Of a stretch of DNA of 64,000 nt, positions 26,497-34,740 are shown in pieces. A program made the position numbers and the translations under genes. The notes below the pieces were generated by a model, which saw nothing but the letters and a program-made list of their open reading frames with translations, had not been told where the DNA came from and searched no databases. Position 1 is the first letter of the stretch, and every line of letters starts with the position of its first letter. This stretch comes from a virus, in the IMG/VR virus record IMGVR_UViG_3300045988_087184. One strand, 5' to 3'.

Positions 26497-26528
26497 CAAA
26501 GGTACGAAATTTTTCCGATATAGCCAAA
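26497..26528 (-). promoter_or_regulatory. leftward Bacteroidota-type promoter
   Basis: On the minus strand, TTTG (plus 26525-26528), a 20-nt spacer, then TACCTTTG (plus 26497-26504). Confidence 0.55.
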
Positions 26529-26658
26529 TTTATTATGTTAAATCTTAGCTTTCTAAAGTGCTATAAAGTATTGATAATCAGTATTTTGTAACTTTAACAT
26601 ATCGTATTAAAGTAAAATATATGTAGCTTTTAGCTTTATATATGTAATTATAGCTATA

Positions 26659-26684
26659 TTATATGTTAAATTTTTAACATATAA
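26659..26684. repeat. perfect 12-bp-arm palindrome TTATATGTTAAA-tt-TTTAACATATAA
   Basis: Read directly. Further TTTAACAT half-sites lie at 26533 (inverted), 26593 and 27073. Confidence 0.7.
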
Positions 26685-27213
26685 CCAGTTAGAAAATATG
26701 TAAGTTTTTATTGAGTCAAGTAATATGTAATAATCTTTTGTGTTCCACGACGTATATTTATGCAAAAAGAATGAATTAAAATACGTTGTAAGTGGTTGAT
26801 ATTCAAATGGTTATAATAATTTAGTTTATAACATAAACCAACATTCTTAAAAAGTGTTAAAATTGATGTTTCACGTTCGTTTATACTATATAAACCAACG
26901 GATAATGTAATATATTTTGAACGTACACCCCCACACCCCCTTTGCAGCCCCAAATCAGCGTGGTAGTCACCTCTTCTAAAAATTTTTTCTTCCGATTTTT
27001 CAGCATTCTTGTAAAGTAAACTTACTTCGTCTTCAGAAAATATATTTATGCATATTCATACAATGATGTATTTTTAACATTTGGCAACATTAACTCCCAT
27101 ATTGGTGAGCAAAACCATAAATGTATATCTATTATTCATCAAATGTACTCCTATAATGTATATTTATATCCTTTATTTACTATGGTTATGGGATATATTC
27201 ATGATATTTTTCG

Positions 27214-27221
27214 TATCTTTG
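27214..27221 (+). promoter_or_regulatory. candidate -7 box TATCTTTG upstream of the primase gene
   Basis: Exact TAnnTTTG match 130 nt upstream of the ATG, but no clear -33 TTTG. Confidence 0.35.
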
Positions 27222-27351
27222 TATTGTCGTATTATTATAGAGTCGACTTGTTGTAAGGGTTATCAGAGACGTGTATATCTTTCTGAAAGCCCCTGTTTAT
27301 CGGGGTTAACCCTACACAATGACGGAAAATTAATGTTATTATTGTGCATAA

Positions 27352-28911
27352 ATGGAAAATGGTATAGCTATAGATACGTTACACGCCCAGCTTCTGGAGC
27401 TTTCGAGGCGTGAAGAGTACGGCTTCGACATGCTGAGGTGCCAGGACTGGGGCAAGGCGAATTCGGAGAAGTACAACAAGATGAAGTCTTTCTTCATTAG
27501 GTCGATGAGGATGCTTGCGAAGAAGGCTCCGGTGAAGTACTACAACGGTGCTTACTATATGTTCAACGGAAAGATATACGAGGCGGTTCCGAAGATAGTC
27601 CTGGAGCAGGCTTACCAGCTGCTGCTTCTCGACCTGGCCATGGCTCCTATGCTCGGCATCAGCACGGTGATGAACAAGTCTTTCATTGACGTGATAGAGT
27701 GCTACAACATACTGAGGCCTACATTCGACATCGTTGCATTCGCCAACGGAGTGGTTGACTTCGGAAGCGGATTGCAGTATCCGAGGGTAATGCCATTCTC
27801 TCCCGAGTACCACGTCACGTACTACCATCCCTACGACTACAATCCGAAGGCAAGGTGCGACAGGTGGCTGAACTTCATTCACGAGGTTCTTCCTGACAGT
27901 ACGTCAAGGATGGTTCTTCAGATGTTCCTCGGCCTTGGACTGACACAGAGAGGTACGGCGTACAACCCCTACGAGGGAAGGAAGTCATCGAAGATCGAGC
28001 TGTGCCTCCTTCTGGTGGGAACGGGAGCAAACGGAAAGAGCGTCATCTTCGACGTTGCCTGCAATATATTCGGTAAGGACAGGATAAGCAAGATGGACTA
28101 CGCAGACCTCACTGCCGACGGAGACGAGGGAATGAGGGGAAGGTATCCTATCAGGAACGCCATCTTCAACTGGTCTTCCGATTCAGATCCGAAGAAGTTC
28201 GGAAAGAAGAATACGGGTATGTTCAAGAGGCTCGTGAGCGGTGAGCCTGTACCGATGAGAAAGCTGGGCAGGGATATTCTTGAAGGAAACTCAATCCCCT
28301 ACCTCATCTTCAGTCTCAACGAATCCCCGAACGCTGAAGACGCATCACTCGGTTTCGTCAGGCGCCTCCAGTACATCAACTTCGACGTGACCATCTCCAA
28401 GGACAGGCAGGATCCGGAGCTTGCGAGCAAGATTATCCGTGAGGAGCTGAGCGGAGTGTTCAACTGGATATTCCGTGGCGCGATGGAGCTGAGGAAGAGA
28501 AAGTACCGCTTCCCTGATACCAGCGGAGGCCTCAGGCAGAAGATCATCTCGCTTCTCGACAAGCATCCTATCGGTGCGTGGATAATGGCCTACAGCATGA
28601 GGAGCAGCCCAGAGGCGAAAAACGAGATTTCATCGTGGATGCTCTCGAAGGACCTGTATGAGAGATTCGCCGAGTTCTGTAGGCTTAACGATATCGACGA
28701 AAGGGACATCCCTAGCATACAGAAGTTCGGAAGGGACATGTGGGACCAGTACGGATTCTTCAAGAAGAGAACTCAGGAAGGCAATATGTATCAGGTGTAC
28801 GGCGCCCTGATGGATGACCTGAAGGAGAAGGTGCTCATCAACGACATCAAGTCTCCTGTCGGTGAGGAGGACGCCAAGCAGCCGGAGAGCTTCATTCAGC
28901 CTGATGATTAA
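27352..28911 (+). CDS. P4/D5-family primase-helicase (NTPase)
   Basis: 519 aa. Walker A LLVGTGANGKSV. Layout matches phage/plasmid primase C-terminal domain proteins. Confidence 0.7.
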   Translation: MENGIAIDTLHAQLLELSRREEYGFDMLRCQDWGKANSEKYNKMKSFFIRSMRMLAKKAPVKYYNGAYYMFNGKIYEAVPKIVLEQAYQLLLLDLAMAPMLGISTVMNKSFIDVIECYNILRPTFDIVAFANGVVDFGSGLQYPRVMPFSPEYHVTYYHPYDYNPKARCDRWLNFIHEVLPDSTSRMVLQMFLGLGLTQRGTAYNPYEGRKSSKIELCLLLVGTGANGKSVIFDVACNIFGKDRISKMDYADLTADGDEGMRGRYPIRNAIFNWSSDSDPKKFGKKNTGMFKRLVSGEPVPMRKLGRDILEGNSIPYLIFSLNESPNAEDASLGFVRRLQYINFDVTISKDRQDPELASKIIREELSGVFNWIFRGAMELRKRKYRFPDTSGGLRQKIISLLDKHPIGAWIMAYSMRSSPEAKNEISSWMLSKDLYERFAEFCRLNDIDERDIPSIQKFGRDMWDQYGFFKKRTQEGNMYQVYGALMDDLKEKVLINDIKSPVGEEDAKQPESFIQPDD

Positions 28912-28918
28912 CGATACC

Positions 28919-29004
28919 GGTGGCCGTAGGGCGGTGGGACATGCCTTCGGGCATAAGTCCGGGCAGACGGGAGGTTCGAGTCCCTCCCACGGTCGGCGGC
29001 CACC
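28919..29004 (+). other. GC-rich tRNA-like structured element
   Basis: 8-bp terminal helix GGTGGCCG/CGGCCACC. UUCG-capped hairpin ATGCC-ttcg-GGCAT. T-arm-like GGGAGGTTCGAGTCCCTCC. Not a canonical cloverleaf. Confidence 0.35.
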
Positions 29005-29020
29005 ATTAAAACAGATTTCT

Positions 29021-29227
29021 ATGATAGACAAGGAATATATCAAGGAGATTATCTCCTGTATCACGAAGAAGAAGGCTGACGGGAATATTGTTCCGGCCAC
29101 CGCTTCGATGAGCGAGATTATGACTGCTGTCCGCGAGGATGCCCTGGAATGCATGAGGACCATGTGCAACGAGAGTGAGATTGCGGTGAACAGAACGTTG
29201 AACAGTGTTTCATTCAAGTGCCTATGA
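29021..29227 (+). CDS. hypothetical protein (68 aa)
   Basis: Internal ATG (MIDKEYIKEI...) lies just after the structured element. Confidence 0.5.
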   Translation: MIDKEYIKEIISCITKKKADGNIVPATASMSEIMTAVREDALECMRTMCNESEIAVNRTLNSVSFKCL

Positions 29228-29442
29228 GAAGACATCACAATCCTAATAAAGTACCTCCGTTTAAGCCGGACCCTGAGCATTGGACTAAGAAGGTTCATTC
29301 CTGGAAGGCGAAGGTCGCATACGAGACTGAGGATGATGCTTGGGAGTTCCTGAATCAGAATCCGAAGTTAAAGGCACTTGGTTGGCATCCTTACTTATGC
29401 AAGGTTTGTTCAAAGTGGCATATTAGTAGATTACATAATTAA
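29224..29442 (+). CDS. small hypothetical protein (72 aa) with a CxxC pair
   Basis: ATGA start/stop overlap with the upstream ORF. Contains CKVCSKWH. Confidence 0.5.
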   Translation: MRRHHNPNKVPPFKPDPEHWTKKVHSWKAKVAYETEDDAWEFLNQNPKLKALGWHPYLCKVCSKWHISRLHN

Positions 29443-29834
29443 TGATTATGAAAAAAGAAGATAGACTTAAAATATATCGCAAATACGATGGGCATTGTGC
29501 TTATTGCGGCAAGAGCATAGAGTATAAGGATATGCAGGTTGACCATCTTGTTCCGAAGAATCGAGGTTGTTACTCTCGGTGGAGCAACAAGGAGGGAAAG
29601 TTTGTCGTATCCCATGGCGATGATTGCATGGAGAACTATATGCCATCTTGCAGGTCTTGCAATCTTCGTAAGCGTGATATGAGTTTGGAACAATTTCGCT
29701 CAGAGATTACAAGACAGGCGAAAGGTCTGCTTAATGGCAAAGCTTCTTTTCAGGTAAAGATGTCGCTAGCTTATGGTTTAATTGAAGAGCACTTTGATAG
29801 ACCTATTGAGTTCTATTTCGAGAAATTTAAATAG
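29442..29834 (+). CDS. HNH endonuclease
   Basis: CAYCG ... VDHLVPKNRG ... CRSCNLRKRD. Confidence 0.8.
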   Translation: MIMKKEDRLKIYRKYDGHCAYCGKSIEYKDMQVDHLVPKNRGCYSRWSNKEGKFVVSHGDDCMENYMPSCRSCNLRKRDMSLEQFRSEITRQAKGLLNGKASFQVKMSLAYGLIEEHFDRPIEFYFEKFK

Positions 29835-29842
29835 TTGAGAAT

Positions 29843-30235
29843 ATGAAGAAGAAAGGATATTACGAATACGAAAACGGAATCTACCCTTTGAAACTTTGGG
29901 TACACATCGGTAAAGACTTGAAAGAACTGATAGATTCCTGCTTTGACGGGTGTGAGGCTCCAGATAGGGACTACGGCGGCGTTACGTATGATAATGCCGT
30001 AAGAAAGAAAGATAAGCGTCGAGGTGTTCTCGTCTCTTATATGTGCTCGAAGGATATGTCGATGGATTATTGCTGCCATGAAGCTTCTCACGCCTGCGAT
30101 GCCATCGAGGATGCTATTGGTATGGAACACGGAGGCGAGCCTTCTGCTTACTTGATAGGTTGGATTGCGTCTTGCATCAACAAGGCTCGTTTGGGCATTG
30201 GAGATTTCGTTGAACTAAAAGATAAGGAGGAATAG
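29843..30235 (+). CDS. hypothetical protein with HExxH motif (possible small Zn-metallopeptidase)
   Basis: CCHEASHACDAIEDAIG. Confidence 0.4.
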   Translation: MKKKGYYEYENGIYPLKLWVHIGKDLKELIDSCFDGCEAPDRDYGGVTYDNAVRKKDKRRGVLVSYMCSKDMSMDYCCHEASHACDAIEDAIGMEHGGEPSAYLIGWIASCINKARLGIGDFVELKDKEE

Positions 30236-30238
30236 CTT

Positions 30239-30751
30239 ATGATTAAGAAAGAAGATATTAAGGTTGGGCTGCGATTTTACATCACACGAAAGGATTGCTT
30301 AAAATGCAATTTTGACCCGATAGGTATTCAAGGCGGCAGCACCCCTATTCTGTTCAATGCTGAGAAAAAGGATGCTGATGTTTATATATGTACATCTGTT
30401 AGCACAGATTACAAGTATTTCGCTCGTTTTCGCGAGGAAGATATTATGATGTTTGGTACAAAGTTCGATATAGTAACGAAAGGTGAAGGAGAAGCCGCAA
30501 ACGGAAAGGCAGAGCAAGTATCTCACCCATCCCATTACGCGTGGTTGAAAGATTTGTGCGGTGTTGAACCCTTGGATATTTGCAGACACCTTGACTTCAA
30601 TACAGGGAACGCTATCAAGTATCTCTTGCGCAAGGATAAGGTGGATGGCAACAAGACCAAGACTGAGAAGCGCATCGAGGACTTGCGTAAGGCAATTTTT
30701 TATATTAATGACGAAATAAATAAATTAAATGGAAGAAATATGGAAAAATAG
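30239..30751 (+). CDS. DUF3310-like phage protein
   Basis: C-terminal HPSHY..GVEPLDICRHLDFNTGNAIKYLLR pattern. Confidence 0.6.
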   Translation: MIKKEDIKVGLRFYITRKDCLKCNFDPIGIQGGSTPILFNAEKKDADVYICTSVSTDYKYFARFREEDIMMFGTKFDIVTKGEGEAANGKAEQVSHPSHYAWLKDLCGVEPLDICRHLDFNTGNAIKYLLRKDKVDGNKTKTEKRIEDLRKAIFYINDEINKLNGRNMEK

Positions 30752-31337
30752 AATAGATGACACTCTTCCATACGAACAATGGAAGTTGATAAATGGATGC
30801 AGTAACTATTACGTTTCTTCTCTAGGAAGAGTAAGAACATCGGATAGATATTCTTCGCGTAAGAGAAAAAATAGAAAGGATGATGTCGTGTTTGTGAAGG
30901 GAAAAATCCTAAAGCAATCGGAAAATAAAAACGGATATTTAAGATGCTGCATCATTTATGATAACGGTGAAAAGAAGAGCGTATATGTCCATCGTCTTGT
31001 GATTAAGACGTTCTTAGGGGATAGCACATTACCCCAAATAAACCATATTGACGAAAATAAGCACAATAATAGTGTTGAAAATCTCGAATGGTGCGATGTT
31101 AAATATAACGCAAACTATGGTAACAGAAATACAAAAATATCTGATTACCAACATCGTCACCCCAAAAAAGGGAAATGTGTGAAAATGTTTTCTCTTGATG
31201 GTAAAGAAATAGAAACGTTCTGTAGCGTGCATGATGCGGCTAGAAGAACAGGTTTCAGTATGGGAAACATTAGCGGAATGTGTAATGGCTCTAATAAGTA
31301 TTCTCATGTAGGTGGTTATATATTTAAGTTTGGATAA
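30729..31337 (+). CDS. NUMOD4/HNH homing-type endonuclease
   Basis: WKLINGCSNYYVSSLGRVRT; NGYLRCCI..VHRLVIKTF..INHIDENKHNNSVENLEW. Confidence 0.75.
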   Translation: MEEIWKNRIDDTLPYEQWKLINGCSNYYVSSLGRVRTSDRYSSRKRKNRKDDVVFVKGKILKQSENKNGYLRCCIIYDNGEKKSVYVHRLVIKTFLGDSTLPQINHIDENKHNNSVENLEWCDVKYNANYGNRNTKISDYQHRHPKKGKCVKMFSLDGKEIETFCSVHDAARRTGFSMGNISGMCNGSNKYSHVGGYIFKFG

Positions 31338-31350
31338 AAACGTAAGGAAC

Positions 31351-31494
31351 ATGGAGCAGACTGATTACACTTGCAAGGATTGTTTCTTCTTTGATAACGG
31401 GACGTGTAAAGAAGAACGCTTCTGGAGAGACGTTTCGGGAGATGATTATGCTTGCACAGATTTCGAGTATAAGGAAATAAAAGTTGAACTTTAA
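31351..31494 (+). CDS. small Cys-rich protein (47 aa)
   Basis: MEQTDYTCKDCFFFDNGTCKEE... Confidence 0.4.
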   Translation: MEQTDYTCKDCFFFDNGTCKEERFWRDVSGDDYACTDFEYKEIKVEL

Positions 31495-31506
31495 AATATT
31501 GTTATC

Positions 31507-32061
31507 ATGGCATTACCATTTGGAAAGACTATCAAGACAAGACACTTCACCGTGCTGAAGTTCAGCAAGAGCTTGTCTAAGAAAGAAGTTGCTTCACTCA
31601 GAGAGGGTATCCCTGCTGAGATCAAGAAGCATTTACAGAGAGGATCGTTGCCTTTCATCAAGATTGCGAACATTGCCGGCACATGGGGAATCGAGTACTC
31701 TATCGGTACATCAATGTACGCTGCGCTCGATGAATGTGTTCCTGTGGCTGTAGGAGACCATTATGAGTTCTCCAAGGATGATGGAAACATCATCGAGGCA
31801 TTCGCTCAGCTTATGTACGCGGATACGTCATTGCCTGGCGATGCAGAATACACGGCAGGTAAGTTGAAGCTTCGTGACGAATACCTTGCCCGTGAGTCTG
31901 CGAGACTGAATGCTGCTGCTGACAAGGGCAAGACTGAAGAGCAGCTTCGCAAGGAGAGCGATGAGGCCGTACAGGAAGTCATCGACCGCGATAAGCACGC
32001 CGAGACTATTCTTGAGATGGCAGAACAGATTAAGAAGGAAGGAGGTAAGAATGAGCGATAA
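31507..32061 (+). CDS. hypothetical protein (184 aa)
   Basis: ORF in the rightward operon. Confidence 0.6.
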   Translation: MALPFGKTIKTRHFTVLKFSKSLSKKEVASLREGIPAEIKKHLQRGSLPFIKIANIAGTWGIEYSIGTSMYAALDECVPVAVGDHYEFSKDDGNIIEAFAQLMYADTSLPGDAEYTAGKLKLRDEYLARESARLNAAADKGKTEEQLRKESDEAVQEVIDRDKHAETILEMAEQIKKEGGKNER

Positions 32062-32242
32062 ATTGCTTGAGGTCGTTCAAGACCATACTTCCCTAGTACA
32101 TGCGCTCCAGTTCATTTTGGAGGCCGCAGAGACGAAGAAACTGCCATCATACGGCGTTCTTCCTACGTTTAACGACGATATGCTTGAAGAACAGGTGCGA
32201 ATTGCGCTTGAACTCATCACCGGAGAGAAGTATCCTGATTGA
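32051..32242 (+). CDS. hypothetical protein (63 aa)
   Basis: The ATG overlaps the upstream gene end. Confidence 0.45.
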   Translation: MSDKLLEVVQDHTSLVHALQFILEAAETKKLPSYGVLPTFNDDMLEEQVRIALELITGEKYPD

Positions 32243-32278
32243 ATTTATATTTTTCTTCTACTTTATATATATAAAAAT

Positions 32279-32310
32279 GAGGGGTGATATCTGTGAAGAC
32301 ACCACCCCTC
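32279..32310. terminator. hairpin between convergent operons
   Basis: GAGGGGTG pairs with CACCCCTC. Confidence 0.5.
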
Positions 32311-32430
32311 TAACCAAAAAATTTTTGAATTATGATTCGCAGAAAGAATCTGTGAACATTTATTCGCCTGCAAAGGTACTTGGTTTTGCTGAAATTCTAG
32401 TAAAACAAAGTTACTTTAACACGAATTTAA

Positions 32431-32976
32431 CTATTTCTTCTTCTTTTGAAAGGTCGCCTGACCATTTTTGAAGATAATGCAGTCATCGCAGCATCGAGGC
32501 ATTGATAGAGGAATGTAGTAGTGGACCACATTATTTTCCGTATCAATCTCATCCTGCTTAATCTTAGAATAGTCTGCTATCATGGCTGTCGTCTTTTGCC
32601 ACTCTGGAGAGCCGAATTTCTGCTTTCGCTGAGCGATAACGAGGTTTCTCAGAATCTCTTCCTTTGATGTAGCCTTAATAAGTTCCTCCTGGGTGAGTTC
32701 ATCGCTATTCTCGTTCTTCGCTTTCTTGCCCTGCACCTCTGCGATTCTCTTCTGAACGGACTCCTGGGCTTCTAGCTTATTCATCTCTCCTTCAAGGAAG
32801 GATTTCTCCCAGTTGAGACCTTCTCCCTGAAAGGCGATGGCCCAACAGTCCCTCGTTGGCATACCTGAGCCACGGAGACTAGCATAGATGTAATAGCGAG
32901 GGTCCTTCATTTTGAGAGCCTTCGCCTTCTTGTACGTATCGACGGATAACGTGTATCCTTTTGTTTCTTCAATCAT
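32431..32976 (-). CDS. hypothetical protein, possible small terminase subunit
   Basis: 181 aa counted from the ATG 10 nt after the upstream stop. Last gene of the packaging operon. The function is a guess. Confidence 0.5.
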   Translation of the reverse strand: MIEETKGYTLSVDTYKKAKALKMKDPRYYIYASLRGSGMPTRDCWAIAFQGEGLNWEKSFLEGEMNKLEAQESVQKRIAEVQGKKAKNENSDELTQEELIKATSKEEILRNLVIAQRKQKFGSPEWQKTTAMIADYSKIKQDEIDTENNVVHYYIPLSMPRCCDDCIIFKNGQATFQKKKK

Positions 32977-32987
32977 AATCTTGATAT

Positions 32988-33896
32988 TTAAAAGTTCAAC
33001 GTTTGCTGCCTGCGGTGTTCCCTCCATACATTGATAGACTTGCCGTATATCCAATAGTCGAACACCTCTTCTGGCGACAATCCTTCGTCTATCATCCTTC
33101 CGCTAGCCTGGATATCCTTGATGGCCTTAATCCAACTATTATAGATATGCGGATATCGTTTGCAGTCGGCGAGTTTCTGCTTATAGTTGTGCATAGGGCA
33201 GCACAGGCAGCCAATCCTATAGTAGCCCTCGTCGTACAGCTTGCAATGCTTAATACCGAGTGTATTCAAGAATAGCCATACATCATCATCTGTCCACTCT
33301 ATGATTGGAGAGATGAGAAGCGATTCGTAGCCTCGGATACAGCCGATGGTACGTTCGTCACTGGCATTGGTGATGTTAATCTCGTGAATGCCCCACCGGG
33401 TTGGACGGCCACGCTTCTGACTGTTCCTCTTATCACGGAACTCGTCAAGACCTTCTAGGGAGCCTCTATACTTATGGTTGGTAATCTCAACCTCACTTCT
33501 ACCCGAACGCTGTCTGCTTTCTGCGTGGCGGATGCCTATGAGAACCACGTTACCTGCGCCAATACCTTCTTTATAGACTCGACAGCACCATCGTATCAGT
33601 CTTGTCGGAAGCACGCCTTCCTTACGGGCCTGGTTATAGATGCTGATTTTAGGCTTTATCATATCTACGTCCGGATACTGCTCACGGCCAAACTTGATTA
33701 CCTCGGGAGGGTCAACAGACGTAAGACCCATGTGAGCCTTGAACTTCACACCTGCAATCTTGGCAATATGATACAGGCACTGGCTATCCTTGCCTAAACT
33801 GAACGATAGATAAAAGCCTTCGTTCGGTGAGTATGCCAGTGCAAGCTTTTCAGCCTTTCTCAGCAGCTCTACAGAGTGCTTTATCTTCTTCTGGAA
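32988..33896 (-). CDS. PAPS-reductase-like (PP-loop ATPase family) protein, 5' end disrupted or non-canonical
   Basis: A degenerate PP-loop SFSLGKDS lies upstream of the first canonical start. An in-frame TGA lies at 33897-33899. A 19-codon ORF precedes it, starting at 33956. Confidence 0.6.
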   Translation of the reverse strand, partial: FQKKIKHSVELLRKAEKLALAYSPNEGFYLSFSLGKDSQCLYHIAKIAGVKFKAHMGLTSVDPPEVIKFGREQYPDVDMIKPKISIYNQARKEGVLPTRLIRWCCRVYKEGIGAGNVVLIGIRHAESRQRSGRSEVEITNHKYRGSLEGLDEFRDKRNSQKRGRPTRWGIHEINITNASDERTIGCIRGYESLLISPIIEWTDDDVWLFLNTLGIKHCKLYDEGYYRIGCLCCPMHNYKQKLADCKRYPHIYNSWIKAIKDIQASGRMIDEGLSPEEVFDYWIYGKSINVWREHRRQQTLNF

Positions 33897-33957
33897 TCAT
33901 TTAGGGAATTTCGGAAGAATTTCTTCTAAAGTGAAATTTAATTCAGAATTTATCATA

Positions 33958-34734
33958 TCATTTCTTTTTATTATCCTTGAATACAAATAAAGTGTAACAA
34001 CAACACGAAACGTGAAATGGTGGATATGGATCTCTGAAAGAATGAATACCGGCATCAGCTTCGCTTTGACAAATCTCGCACGGATAACTGCTTCCTCTCT
34101 TGACGTAGAATCCGATAGCTTTGTTATCCTGCCCGTACTCCTGCTCCGCCCGTCCCCATGCCAAAGCAATCACCTGAGAAGCGTTTCTTACGATGTTCTG
34201 ATAGGCGTTCTTGTAGTAGCCCTTTCCGTAAGAAGGAACATCGATGTTGATATCCTTTCTCTTCGCCTTGGTGATGACTGATGTGTGATATGGGTCTTTA
34301 TAGCCTGTGCGGATGGAAGACAGGAGCTGCTGGTCTGAATATCCCATCAAGGTTCCTGCCTTGACCATCCTTACAATATCTTCAGCAAAGTTTCCGAGAT
34401 AGACGGCGTTTCTTTCGGATGTCGTCTTTCCGTAGATGTCGCTGACGAGAAACGATTCGATGTTCTCGCTGTCAATCCCGAGAATCTTGCATGAAGCCTT
34501 TGAGTAGGCAGAGATATAGCTGTTGATACTCTCCTCTGCCTCCCCGGCGATACTCTTGGCCTCTCTGAGCAGGGAAGCCTCATTTCTGAGATTCTTCCCT
34601 GTTCTGTATTTCTTTGACCTTGAGATTATTTTATTCGCAGCCGACCAGAGGGTGCTTGCAATGTGGGACTCGCAGTTTCGGATTGCCTGCAAGCGCTTCC
34701 TGCTGTAATCGACTGAGCGTTTTAACTCATCCAT
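33958..34734 (-). CDS. MuF/SPP1 gp7-like head morphogenesis protein
   Basis: C-terminal PCEICQSEADAGIH..PPFHVSCCCY motif. Follows the portal gene. Confidence 0.7.
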   Translation of the reverse strand: MDELKRSVDYSRKRLQAIRNCESHIASTLWSAANKIISRSKKYRTGKNLRNEASLLREAKSIAGEAEESINSYISAYSKASCKILGIDSENIESFLVSDIYGKTTSERNAVYLGNFAEDIVRMVKAGTLMGYSDQQLLSSIRTGYKDPYHTSVITKAKRKDINIDVPSYGKGYYKNAYQNIVRNASQVIALAWGRAEQEYGQDNKAIGFYVKRGSSYPCEICQSEADAGIHSFRDPYPPFHVSCCCYTLFVFKDNKKK

Positions 34735-34740
34735 AAGCTA

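Noticed and set aside
27081-27413. 110-aa plus-strand ORF in the AT-rich region
   Set aside because: It is a hydrophobic translation of AT-rich DNA that overlaps the primase start in another frame.
28896-28930. Hammerhead ribozyme core (CTGATGA at 28896-28902)
   Set aside because: No stem II follows the CUGAUGA box, and no appropriately placed GAAA/stem III could be drawn.
28919-29004. Canonical phage tRNA gene
   Set aside because: The putative anticodon hairpin can only give 4-, 6- or 8-nt loops. The T-stem needs an A-C mismatch. The T-arm is not adjacent to the 3' acceptor strand.
28630-29298. 222-aa minus-strand ORF
   Set aside because: It is antisense to the primase 3' end, the GC-rich structured element and two plus-strand genes. 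It has no start context and an implausible composition.
32988-33956. Genome-wide stop-codon reassignment (TGA recoding) as in some gut phages
   Set aside because: There is only one in-frame TGA in the window. Very long ORFs (2096, 1213, 771 and 572 aa) are intact under the standard code, and TGA is used as a normal terminator (e.g. the MuF-like gene and tnpB). A local defect or a local recoding event is more likely.
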